From Leucoraja ocellata (Eukaryota): a DNA stretch of 64,000 bases. Shown in pieces: positions 1 to 19,607 of this stretch (positions are counted from its first letter, which is position 1; each line of letters starts with the position of its first letter). The notes under the pieces were generated by a model, which saw only the letters and a program-made list of their open reading frames with translations, ran no database searches and had not been told where the DNA came from. The stretch is from contig JAWMAR010000001.1 in assembly GCA_036785375.1 (NCBI GenBank), positions 22,940,001 through 23,004,000 of the forward strand. The letters are read 5' to 3'. The position numbers and the translations under genes were made by a program.

Positions 1-1069
1 CATCCTTATCAAGGGTGCATTTCACCCCCTGCGGTGCCCAGCAGTCCCGGAAATCCCCCAGGGCCCCCCGTTGGACAGCGCGTGGTCCCTCTCTCGTACC
101 ACCCGGGCACGGACATAACCACGGAATCGAACGCACCTTTTTTTTTTTTTTAAACCAAAAATAAGTTAAATCATCTACTCACAAAAATACACACGAGCCC
201 ACCACCATAATACAACATTATTATTCAATATCTGAAGAAGGATCTCGACACGAAACGTCGCCCATTCCTTCTCACCCGCTGAGTTCATCCCCAGAGCTAT
301 CGCTGCTCTGAACCGGCCCTGCTGAGTGCCCCCCCCCCCCCCCCCCCCCCACACATGAACTGTCTCTGCCATAGAAGGTAGTTGAGGCCACAGTTCATTG
401 GCTATATTTAAGAGGGAGTTAGATGTGGTCCTTGTGGCTAAAGGGATCAGGGGGTATGGAGAGAAGGCAGGTACAGGATACTGAGTTGGATGATCAGCCA
501 TGATCACATTGAATGGCAGTGCAGGCTCGAAGGGCCGAATGGCCTACTCCTGCACCTATTTTCTATGTTTCTATGTCTCCCTCAGATGGTCACGTTGCAC
601 ATCGACCCGGCACAGACATATTTGCACTTTATACTGTTTTACTGGGAGGGTTTTTTTAATCTTGTTTCTCTGGGCATCTAAATTTTTAGTTAATTAAGTT
701 ATGACATCGGATGGAAGCTGCATGCCAAATCTCGTTGTACCTCTGTGCAATGACAATAAAATATATTATTATTGATATTATTACTCCAGCATTTTGTGTC
801 TCCCTTCGATTTTAATCAGTATCTGCAGTTCTTTCTTACACAAATATTATTAAATGTTAGATCATTATTACCCCATCCTTATTGAGGTAACATTCCACCT
901 CCCCCCCTCCCCGTGCAGTGCTAATTGCATGTGCCTCAGCGGGGACAAAGGGACGGTCCACATACAGACAGTCTATGTAGACAGAATCTGTGGTCAGAAT
1001 CAAACCCGGGCATCTGGCGCTGTAAGGCGGCAACTGGGTAGGTGTGAGGACTCGTTCCTGCTTAGTGCT

Positions 1070-1361
1070 GGCACGGTGGTAGAATTGCTGCCTCACAGCG
1101 CCAGAGACCCGTGTTTGATACTGACTACGGGTGCTGTCTGTACAGAGTTTGTACGTTCCCCCCGTGACCTGCGTGCATTTTCTCCGGGTGCTCCGGTATC
1201 CTCCCACACCGTAAAAACGTGCAGGTTTGTAGATTAATTGGCTTCTGTAAACTGTCCCTAGAGTGTAGGTGTAGGATAGAACTAATGTACGGGTGATCGC
1301 TGGTCAGCACGAATTCAGTGGGCCGAAGGGCCTATTTCCACGCTGCATCTCCAAACTAAAC
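1070..1361 (+). mobile_element. HE1-type tRNA-derived V-SINE (others: 2659-2956, 5716-6020, 31955-32245, 50620-50872, 58450-58722, 59826-59985 +; 8160-8530, 12730-13240, 14850-15140, 30780-31020, 38105-38385, 52125-52437 -)
   Basis: tRNA-like head with A/B boxes, V-domain GAGTTTGTACGTT...CTCCGG.TTCCTCCCACA, CR1-derived tail GGGCCGAAGGGCCT.TTTCC. Confidence 0.88.
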
Positions 1362-1785
1362 CCTTCCTCCAGATTGTTTATTGCTCCAGATCCCATCGGC
1401 AGTCTCTTGTGCTTCACCTTCTCAATCGGTTTGAGCGGTAAAACAACACCATGGCTAAAGGTAAACACAAAATGCTGGAGTAACTCAGCGGGAAGGCAGC
1501 ATCTTTGGAGAGAAGGAATGGGTGACGTTTTGGGCGTTTCTGGCATCTTGACCTGAAACGTCACCCGTTCCTTCTCTCCAGAGATGCTGCCTGTCCCGGC
1601 TGAGTTACTCCGGCACTTTGTGCCTATCTTCGGTGTAAACCAGCATCTGCAGTTCCAAGCCGCACCGTGACTTACTTACATTGCCACTTTCATTTCACTG
1701 CACATCTCGTATGTGTATGTGACAAATAAACTTGACTTGACTTGACTTGACTTGACATTGACTGTTTCTCTCTCCATTGTTACAG

Positions 1786-10185
<8,400 letters not shown>

Positions 10186-10280
10186 CCGAAGAGATTCCTT
10201 CATGCACCTTCGGCTCGGCAAAGCTAACCACCAGGGCTGACATCACACGGGACCACTTTGAAGGCACCACAAGGCTGGGC

Positions 10281-10740
10281 ACCTTTTGATGATGTCAGCA
10301 TAAGAAGGTCAATGCTCAACACCTTTTGATGATGTCAGTATGGGAACATCAACGTCTTTGGTGATGTCAGCATTGGAAGGTCACCACTCAGCACCTTTCG
10401 ATGATGTCAGCATTGGAAGGTCAACGCTCAGCACCTTTTGATGATGTCAGCATTGGATGGTCAACGCTCAACACCTTTTGCTGATGTCAGCACTGGATGC
10501 TCAACACCTTCTGATGATGTCAACAGAAGGTCAACGTCTTTTGTTGATGTCAGCACGGGATGGTCAATGGTCAACGCTCAACACCTTTTGCTGATGTCAG
10601 CACTTGACGCTCAACAGCTTGTGATGATGTCAGCAGAAGGTTAACACCTTTTTGCTGATGTCAGCACTGGACGCTCAACACCTTCTGATGATGTCAGCAG
10701 AAGGTCAACACCTTTTGCTGATGTCAGCAGGGGATGGTCA
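10281..10740 (+). repeat. Tandem array of ~13 imperfect palindromic units (core TGATGTCAGCA, period ~30-45 bp) in the TMPRSS6 3'UTR
   Basis: 13 TGATGTCA cores counted; unit CCTT(T/C)TG(C/A)TGATGTCAGCA..GAAGG is self-complementary. Confidence 0.9.
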
Positions 10741-11458
10741 CCGCGCCCTTTGTAAATAAGCTATGAAGCCAATGAGTCCACGTGCTCGCTCCGCCCATTC
10801 TGACGGGTCACCGGCGATGTGGCGGAGAGTTGGGACAGCTTTAAACCAATTTATTCATCTATATTTCTGTAGGGCATCGACCATTACCAGGGTAGCAAGT
10901 TATACATCTAACCCTGGACCCCATCCCACCAGAACCTAGGGCCTTGGATATTGTCTGCATGATGTGTAAACGGATACACTACAGAGGGAGTAAAGGTCAG
11001 GGTGGATCCATATCCCGAGGGTCAGCTCCCCCCTGCTTGGTTTTACCCAGCATCAACCACACCACACTGCCTACCAAAATTCAACTGCCATCGATGTAGT
11101 ACTTTGCTGATTGAGCCCCACCATCAATAAGCTTGGGACTGGACTCGGTGTTTCCTGAACCTCTCCCCGGGGAAGTTCGACTTTCAAGCAGAAGTCCCTC
11201 CCTTTGTTCCAGAATCCACAACCTGGGGGGGGGGAACAGCTCAGTTAGATCGTGCCTTACTTAGCCTTCTGAAGTCCGGAGCCTAGGGTAGAAGATATTT
11301 CATGCAGAGTCCGGGGCAATGTGTCTTCTGGTCTCTGTAAGAATCATTTCGTAATAAGTTGCTAAGACACAGCGTAATGAGGGAGATCGTAGGAGGGAGA
11401 CAGTAGACGTGGGTATTTCCGGAACTAAAGCACAATTGAAAAATTTGACGATAGTATA

Positions 11459-11477
11459 AATAAATGATCAAAATAAA
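11459..11477 (+). terminator. Probable TMPRSS6 polyadenylation signals (two AATAAA)
   Basis: AATAAA at 11459-11464 and 11472-11477, followed by T-rich sequence. Confidence 0.6.
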
Positions 11478-12992
11478 TTTTTTTTGGCAGTCATTTCATT
11501 TTTCTGCATCCACTGTTCAAGGCCATCAGGATAACCTGCATTATTAGGGGGTAGATGATCCACTCTGGGACCACTCCATGCCTTTCATGTTGGGAGGCAA
11601 GAGATGGTCATCTCTACCTGTAGCACTGTGCTGCCTCCTCACAGGTGGGTTTAAGTTGACCCCTCTATAATCGAGGCCTACCCACCAGTGTGTAAGGTAG
11701 ATAGCAGTTCAGGACCACTCTCTGGTGTGAGAAAGGTACAGAACAACTGTAGCACCAATGATCAAGGAGCCCACAATGGTCCATTGTTGGCTGTGGCGGA
11801 GGGATACGGACAATGAAACCAGCAGGATGGCTAGGGTGGGGCAGGGACAGAGAGAGGGGGAATCCTCCACCGTAGTCGTCCTGCCAGTTTCACTGTTCGT
11901 ATCCCTTCGTTATCACCTCCACCACAGCCAACAATGGACCATTGTGGGCTCCTTGGCCATCAGTGCCGGCTCTGATTTGTTCTGTACCTTTTCATACCTC
12001 AGTCTGCAGGAGAGTATCGACCGGAAACGCCCCCTCTTAATTTTCTCCAGAGACGCTGCCTGACCCGCTGAGTTGCTCCAGCATTTTGTATCCACCCTCG
12101 GTTTAAACCAGCATCTGCAGTTTCTTCCGACACTGTGTTACAGTTGTCCGGAGGAATTCTCCCCAGTCTCCCATCATAGGGCGGCACGGTGGCCTTAAAT
12201 TGCCCAAGTGAGAGGGGTGTGGGGGTGGGGGGGGGGGGGGGGGTGGGAGGGGGGGAGGAGGGTGGGAGGTGAGAAAGCAGAATAACAGTTAGAATTCATG
12301 GGGGGAACTTTACTGCTTTGCCAAACCAAATACTCATTGCCCGAGGCAACTATTAACTTAAATTGACCAATGCCCTTGGTTGCAACACTCCAGCATAGGC
12401 TGCTCAGGTTAAACATTTACTGAAGTTCTTCCAAGTTCTGTGGTCAGTTATGTACATAGGACCAGTGCAGCAAAGGCTAACTTATTAATGCCACCCACAA
12501 ATAGAAGATAGGGAAACTCGACTATGTGGCGACCAACTAACTTAATCAAAGTCAGGGACACAAGGGACTGCAGATGCTGGAATGTCGAGCAAAACGCAAA
12601 GCACCCGAGGACTTTGCTCCAGCACTTAGTGTTTCAAAGTTTAGTTTAGTCTGAAGAGGGGTCTCGACCTGAAACGTCACCTATTCCTTTTCTCCAGATA
12701 TGCTGTCTGACCCGCTGAGCATTTTGGTTGCGTTTAGTTTAGAGATACAGTATGGAAACAGGCCCTTCCGCCCACCAAGTCCACGCCGGCCAACGATCAT
12801 CCATCTGTACTGTACACTAGTTATATCATATACACCAGGATCAATTCACAGAAATTAATTAACCTACAAACCTGCACATTTTTGGAGTGTGGGAGGAAAC
12901 CGGAGAAACCCCACGCAGGTCATGGGGAGAACGTACAAACTCCTTGCAGACAGCACCCGTGGTCAGGATCGAACCCGGGTGTCTAGCTGTTA

Positions 12993-13218
12993 TGCCCCTG
13001 TCCCACTTAGGAAACCTGAACGGAAACCTCTGGAGACTTTGCGCCCCACCCAAGGTTTCCGTGCGGTTCCCGGAGGTTTTTGTCAGTCTCCCTACCTGCT
13101 TCCACTACCTGCAACCTCCGGCAACCACCTGCAACCTCCGGGAACCGCACGGAAACCTTGGGTGGGGCGCAAAGTCTCCAGAGGTTTCCGTTCAGGATTC
13201 CTAAGTGGGACAGGGGCA
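12993..13218. mobile_element. PIF/Harbinger-like MITE (long palindrome) inserted in a SINE; sister copy 44649-44861; related families 38392-38622 and 56503-56761
   Basis: ~95-bp inverted arms starting TGCCCCTGTCCCACTTAGG; TTA flanks; TGTCCCACT terminal motif shared across families. Confidence 0.8.
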
Positions 13219-16202
13219 TTATAAGGCAGTAACTCGACCAATTAGTTACAATGGATGCAGGTGACCCCTGGTGGATCTGGTCAATAATGCAGCGGTTGTC
13301 ATGAAGCCTCTGTTTGGGAAGGAACTGCAGACACTGGTTTAAATCGTAGACACAGAATGCTGGGGTAACTCAGCGGGACAGGCAGCATGTCTGGAGAGAA
13401 GGAATTGGTGACGTTTCTGGTCGAGACCCTTCTTCAGACTCGCTTGAGTTACTCCAGCATTTTGTGTCTGTCTTCGTCATAAAACCGCTCCAGTCTGATG
13501 CTGGGTGCTCAACTTGGTGAAAACCAGAGGCGACCTCCATTCCAAACTAGAGGAGCAGCACTTCATATTCCACCTTTGTAGTCTACACCCCAAGGTCAGC
13601 AAACATGGATTTCTGCTCTCTCTCTATCCACCCAAACATTCTTCTTGATTAGTAGATGCTGCCTGTCCTACTGAGTTACCCCAGCATCATGTGTCTTATC
13701 TTACTCATTCATAAGATTTGAGATTGTCATATATAATGAAGTCTACGCAAGATTGGTGCATGGTAGACACAAAATGCTGGAGTAACTCAGCGGGACAGGC
13801 GGCATCTCTGGAGAGAAGGAATGGTGACGTTTTGGGTCGAGACCCTTCTTCAGACAGGTGTCTGGTGTGTGGTAGACACAGAATGGTGGAGTAACTCAGC
13901 GGGTCAGGCAGCATTTCTGGAGAAGGAATAGGTGACGTTTCGGGTCGAGACTCTTCATCAAGGAAACGAGAGGTATGGATAGGTACATTGAACAAATGAA
14001 TAAAAGGGATGCAAAAGGACAAATCAAAGCCAGCAACGATGATCAAGGAAAGGCGGAGCCCACAATAGTCCATTGTTTGCTGCGGGGAAGAAGGCAACTA
14101 GAGATACACTGAAAGTCAGCGGGACACGAAACTAGTGGGGATCAAGGGTTACTTGAAGTTTGAGAAATCAATTCATCCCACTGGGTTGGAAGCTGCCCTG
14201 GAGAAGCGCGAGGTGTCACGATCTCTCTGCAGAGTAGAAAAGGCTCAAAAGACACACCATCATAATTACATTTTGTTTCTTCATGAAGTCCCTAATGCTA
14301 CAACTTCAAGAAAATAAAACATTGAAAAAAAAAGTCTTCCATTTTTATTGAACATTTTTATTAGTTGATTTTCTAAAAAAAATTGGAACCAGAAAGGGTG
14401 GTTTGACTGGGCGAGGTGGTATCTTCAGGAATCGAGCAAATAGCAATATCAACACCCAAAACATTAACCTGGCCTTTAGATCAAATGCTGACCAGCCTTT
14501 CCAATTCAACCATCTACTCTCACAACAGGACATATACGGTGTTAGACACAAAATGCTGGAGTAACTCAGCGGGACAGGCAGCATCTCTGGATAGAAGGAA
14601 TGGGTGAGGTTTTGGGTCTGGACCCTTCTTCAGCCTGAAGTAGCATCCTGACCCGAAAAGTCACCCATTCCTTCTATTTAGAGATGCTGCCTGTCCCGCT
14701 GAGTTACTCCAGCATTTTGTGTCTATCTTTGGTGTAAACCAGCATTTGCAATTCCTTCCAACACATAGTGTTTCTTCTTTTAATTGCACTCAACATCAGT
14801 CCTCTCACAGGGTATCCTAAACCTCTCAGCTGTGCATAGTTTAAAAAAAAAAAGCCCCTTGAGCCACCGAGTCTACACCAACTATTGATCTCCCGATCGC
14901 ACTAGTTCCGTTATCCCACTCTCGCATTAACTCTATATTCAATTTCCGACAGAGGCCAATTAACCTACAAACCCGCATGCCTTTGGGACGTGGGTGGAAG
15001 CCAGAGCGCCCGGAAGAAACCCACGCAGTCACAGGGAGAACGTGCAAACTCCCCACAGACAGCACCCGAGGCTAGGATTGAACCCAGGTCTCTGGCCCCG
15101 TGTGGCAGGGGCTCTGTCGCTTGCACCACTGTGCCGCCCATCAGAGCAGAGCAGGTGAATGCGACTTGTCCCACCATTTTAAAATGCCCCGACAGAGTGA
15201 ACAAAACCTACAGCTACTGATCTCATCTTCTGAGAGAGCAATTATTTGACTGCCTAAAATTTCATTTACAAGAAAATGTCAAATGCCCATTAAAAAAAAA
15301 AAAATCAAAGCAGCAATGAATAAAAATGTATTTCAACACAATAACATTTGTCACATAATTGTTATATTATCAATGTTTTCCAAATATAAATAATCAATAA
15401 TCCAACCCGACCTCCTAACCCTTACGAGCTCAACCCCCTCGGGTTTGTTTTCATTAAAAAAGTGTTTGTTAAAGATTAATCTTACGTTTTTTTTTTGTTT
15501 TAGCCAAAGCTAAAATGTACCAAAAGAATTCTTGTTTTAAAAAGTTAACATTTTCAAGTATTCTTCCCCGTCCTTCCCGTCCCACCTCCACAACTACCCA
15601 AACCTTTGACTTCCGACCCACTGTAAACAAAGAGAAAACCCAGGGAGGACAATGACAACGGCGTCTGGTCAATAAGAGTCACTTTCCTCTCTCTCTCTCT
15701 CTCTATCGCGTCTACATTTGCAACATGCACTGCAAACCTTAGAATGACAGCAGAGGATCAAAGGATTTGCCCGGAGAGGCAGAAAAGGTCCAAATAGTGT
15801 TACCACTGTAAACCCCTTTTTAAAAAAAAAAAAAAAAAAAATTTTTAGCTGCTGTTATTCTGCCTACATTAGACACAGCTTCGGTAGAAAAATGCCTCGA
15901 TGTCCTTTTATTTTTTGCAAGGATCTTCCTGGCTTCTGCAACCAACACGGAAAGAAATCCATTTACCAAGGAAGGCTCCAACACCAGGTATGCCACTGTT
16001 CTTCATCAGGCATTTAACTGAGAGGAGAATTTGAAACACAATCTTTTTTTTTTTTTTTTTTTTAAATTGCAGAGAAACCCCTCGTGTGCATCCTGTTATG
16101 GCTTTTGGTGTCGGTGGTATGCTGTGGAATTCCGCATCTTCCGTACCGGGATACACATTAGGTATTTAAAAAAAGGGAAGGAAAGGCATGTTGGGCACAT
16201 CA

Positions 16203-16232
16203 TCACATCGTGGAGCCTTTTGCTTGCAAAAG
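16203..16232 (-). CDS. KCTD17: KCTD17 terminal coding exon (LLQAKGSTM*)
   Basis: Long pyrimidine tract + cacag|, phase 0; resembles the ILQERGSRM C-terminus of KCTD2/5. Confidence 0.8.
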   Translation of the reverse strand, partial: LLQAKGSTM

Positions 16233-19200
16233 CTGTGGGAGGGGAGGAGGGGGAGGAGAAGAGAGAGAGAGAGACAAAAACAAATAATCAGAAACAAAAA
16301 GGTTTTAAAATGGTGACGAACAGATTTAAAACACAAGTAGATTTCCACCCAAACATAAAGGTACCCCCCAGATTCCTATTAAGTAAGTAAATTGTATTTA
16401 TATTGCACGTTTAAATCAACTCGCGTTGAAACCAAAGTGCTTTACATAGAATAAATAATTACGTTTCTGTACATCCATAGAAAATCTTTTTCCTTTCACC
16501 TTAAACATAGGTTTATGGTGATGGGGAAAAGATTTAGAAATCTGAGGGGTAACTTTTTCCACACAAAGGGTGGTGGGTGTATGGAACGAGCTGCCTGAGG
16601 AGGTAGTTGAGGCAGGGACTATCCCAACGTTTAAGATAGTCAGACAGGTACATGGATAGGACTGGTTTGGATGGATATGGGCCAAACGCAGGCAGGTGGG
16701 ACTAGTGTAGCTGGGACATGTTGGCCAGTGTGGGCAAGTTGGGCCGAAGGGCCTGTTTCCACACTGCATCACTCTATGACCTGCATCACTTAGCTCCTGA
16801 CACCACTCTGGATACAAGGGAAAAGAGCACAAACTCATCATTTCTTCTCAGGTGAATCTATTCCATGGTCTCTGGTTAGGTGCTGGTCCTCACAAAGTGA
16901 ATGGTAAGCAAAGCTATCAGTTTGTCTCAGTTGCAGGGATGCAGCAAAGGGTGGGTTAAGAAGCAACCATTAAAACCTCACCAAGATCTTTCCAGGCAAA
17001 CTTAGATTCCAGTGAAATCAAATCAAAATCCATAGTGACTTCAACATAGAGCTGATGGGCCAAATGGCCTACATCAGCACAGCAAATATAATGTATTACA
17101 TGAAGGGAAGTTTGGAAGGAGGGCAAGGCCATAACTGCAGAAAGAATCACAGAAAATAATTCCAGTTTCCATTCATTTTTAGTTTAGTTTAGAGATCTGG
17201 AGGTGTGCGTTTTCTCACAATTCTATACCTCAATCGGCCATTTTGATGGCAATTATGAATTCTGGTCTGCAGTAATCGAGTTTTAGTTTATTGTCACGTG
17301 TACCGGGGTAGAGTGAATAGCTTTTGTCACGTGCTAACCAGTCATCGCTACTCACAACATTAGAGGCAGTATTTTTCCCCAAATAGAATGTTGTTCCCAC
17401 TGTGGCAGTGGTGCTCTGGGACACGCTTAGAAAACATGCTTTTCATCTGTACTCAAGGGCCACCTTTGACGGACGTGTGTTCCTTCAATTCTCCAGAGGC
17501 CGACCGAGTTAATAGCAAGTGAGGCACAGTTAGTTCAAATACAAGCCGCTTTATTGCATAAAGGATAAAATATACAGATGAGGAATGAGATGATTCTATT
17601 TCTGGTACAAAACACGCTATCTCACAAGAAGAAACACACGATTCATGCCAACTTTAATCGAAAGTAGGTAAAATAATATCTAATTCACAATTGAGGTCTC
17701 CTCAATTCACAATCTTCCTGATTCTTAAATGCACACGGTGCCTGCATTCTCATGTTCAGAACTTCCACAGAGATTAAAGAGAGATCAAATAAATCACAAA
17801 AATACACACAGTAAGAGGCAGACACATGCAAAGCGACTATGTAGCTACTGAGACACAAACACACACACACGGGAATTGCATAGAGACTGTCACACCTGTG
17901 TGGCAGTAGAACACAAGACTGGCTGGTGTAGCTCTAAACCTACACGTGTGCACGCAGAGCACTAATTCAGGGAGAGAAGCACTGTTCTACAAGCACTGCA
18001 GAGGTACATACGCGGATAAGAGAATGCACACACATCGTAAGGGGGAAGTGTATCATTGATACTAGAAGATGGTGCCACACTCAGGCACGCGCACACTCAC
18101 CCAGGCACACTGAGCAAGTCTTCTAAATACTAAAGATAAACACACCACTGCTGTGCACCACACATGCCCATGGGAAGGCAGCCAGACTTTGAAGATGCAC
18201 ACCAGACCAGGGTTGCAGGCAACCACACACGCAACAGTGAGACATGACCTATAAAGTGGGTTCATGTTATAGAAAACAACAACATGGATAGTTTTCTAAG
18301 GACACAGTGGCTCCATACTGTGAGAGTCACCCGGTAGAGTGGATGGGGGGGGGTCTGGCTATATTTAAACTCTAGAGACTGGGGCGAAGGAGAAGGTTGG
18401 TGAGGGAAAGGATGCAAACAGCACAGGTTCAAACGTTTTGTACCCAATGGGTGAGGAACGAAACACGGGCCTGGAGAGTATTGGAATGGCCAAGCTTGGG
18501 GGTGACAAGGGCATAGATGGAGCCTTCAATAAGGATGGAGGCAGAGGTAAACAGAAGAGAATCATACAGTGGTGGAGACTCAGCTCGAGAACAGACTGCT
18601 TCAAGCTGATAGTGGCCAGGAAGGACTAGAATTAGTGGTAGCTGAAGCCAGATTTCAGTCTTTCCATCGAGCACGTGAAGCACAACACATTAAATGGTAG
18701 ACACGAGGAACTGGCCGCATACGGTAGAGTTGCCGCCTGAGACCCAGCTCGATCCAGACTACGGATAAAACCAGAGAAAACCCACACAGGTCACGGGGAG
18801 AACGTGCAAACTCCATACAGACAGCACCCGAAGTCAGGATCGAACCCGAGTCTCTGGCGCTGGGAGGCAGCAGCTCTACCGTGCCAGATGTCGAGGGAGG
18901 AAGGGGAGCGAGAAAGCTGTCTCAGATATCTGGCTGCTGACCTGTAGATGAGATCAAAACCAAGCCAGAATTATCCGAATGAATTGAACAGAGAAGGAAA
19001 GGCATCGGAAACTGACTGGTACGGGCGTCAGAGTTTATGGGGAGAAGGGAGGAGAATGGAGTTAGGAGGGAGAGATAGATCAGCCATGATTGAATGGCGG
19101 AGTAGGCCTGATGGGCCGAATGGCCAAATTCTAATTCTACTCCTATCCCTTATGACCAAAGATCAACGCGGGTACAGAGACACACTCACAATGGGGTCTG

Positions 19201-19575
19201 TGAGTGGACACAGTCAGGAAACATGCACTCACCCACACTACAGTCTTGTGCACAAAGCAGTCAAACAAGAGTGCAGCTCCCATACGCACCTACTAAGGGT
19301 CTACTCATTCACCCAGAGGCTAAACCAAGCTTTGCTTTACACATGCTCTGCGGCGTATGGCCATTAGATACACTACACGGCAATGCAGAAATGATCCCAC
19401 CACCAGCTCCTGCTAAGTCACTATCAGTTCTCACCACTGTGTACGTTACATTTTATTCCCCGTCATTCATATCACAATCAGCTTCCTCGTCCTCGCCCTT
19501 TTGTCCAGCATGCAGCATGCACAAGGGTTCAAATGTCAAACAGAAAAGAAATGACTACAGATTAAGCAGCCAATC

Positions 19576-19607
<32 letters not shown>

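Noticed and set aside
1070-1140. tRNA genes
   Set aside because: The tRNA-like segments are SINE heads continuing into V-domain or CORE bodies; no full cloverleaf.
10281-10740. CRISPR array, IRE cluster, SECIS or C/D snoRNA cluster
   Set aside because: Eukaryotic context with no cas genes; linkers are short and related to each other rather than unique spacers; no CAGUGN loops; TMPRSS6 has no in-frame UGA in these exons; UGAUGA/CUGA spacing does not fit snoRNAs.
12993-13218. Pre-miRNA or structured ncRNA hairpin
   Set aside because: Explained as a MITE: sister copy at 44649, shared terminal motif, and it interrupts a SINE.
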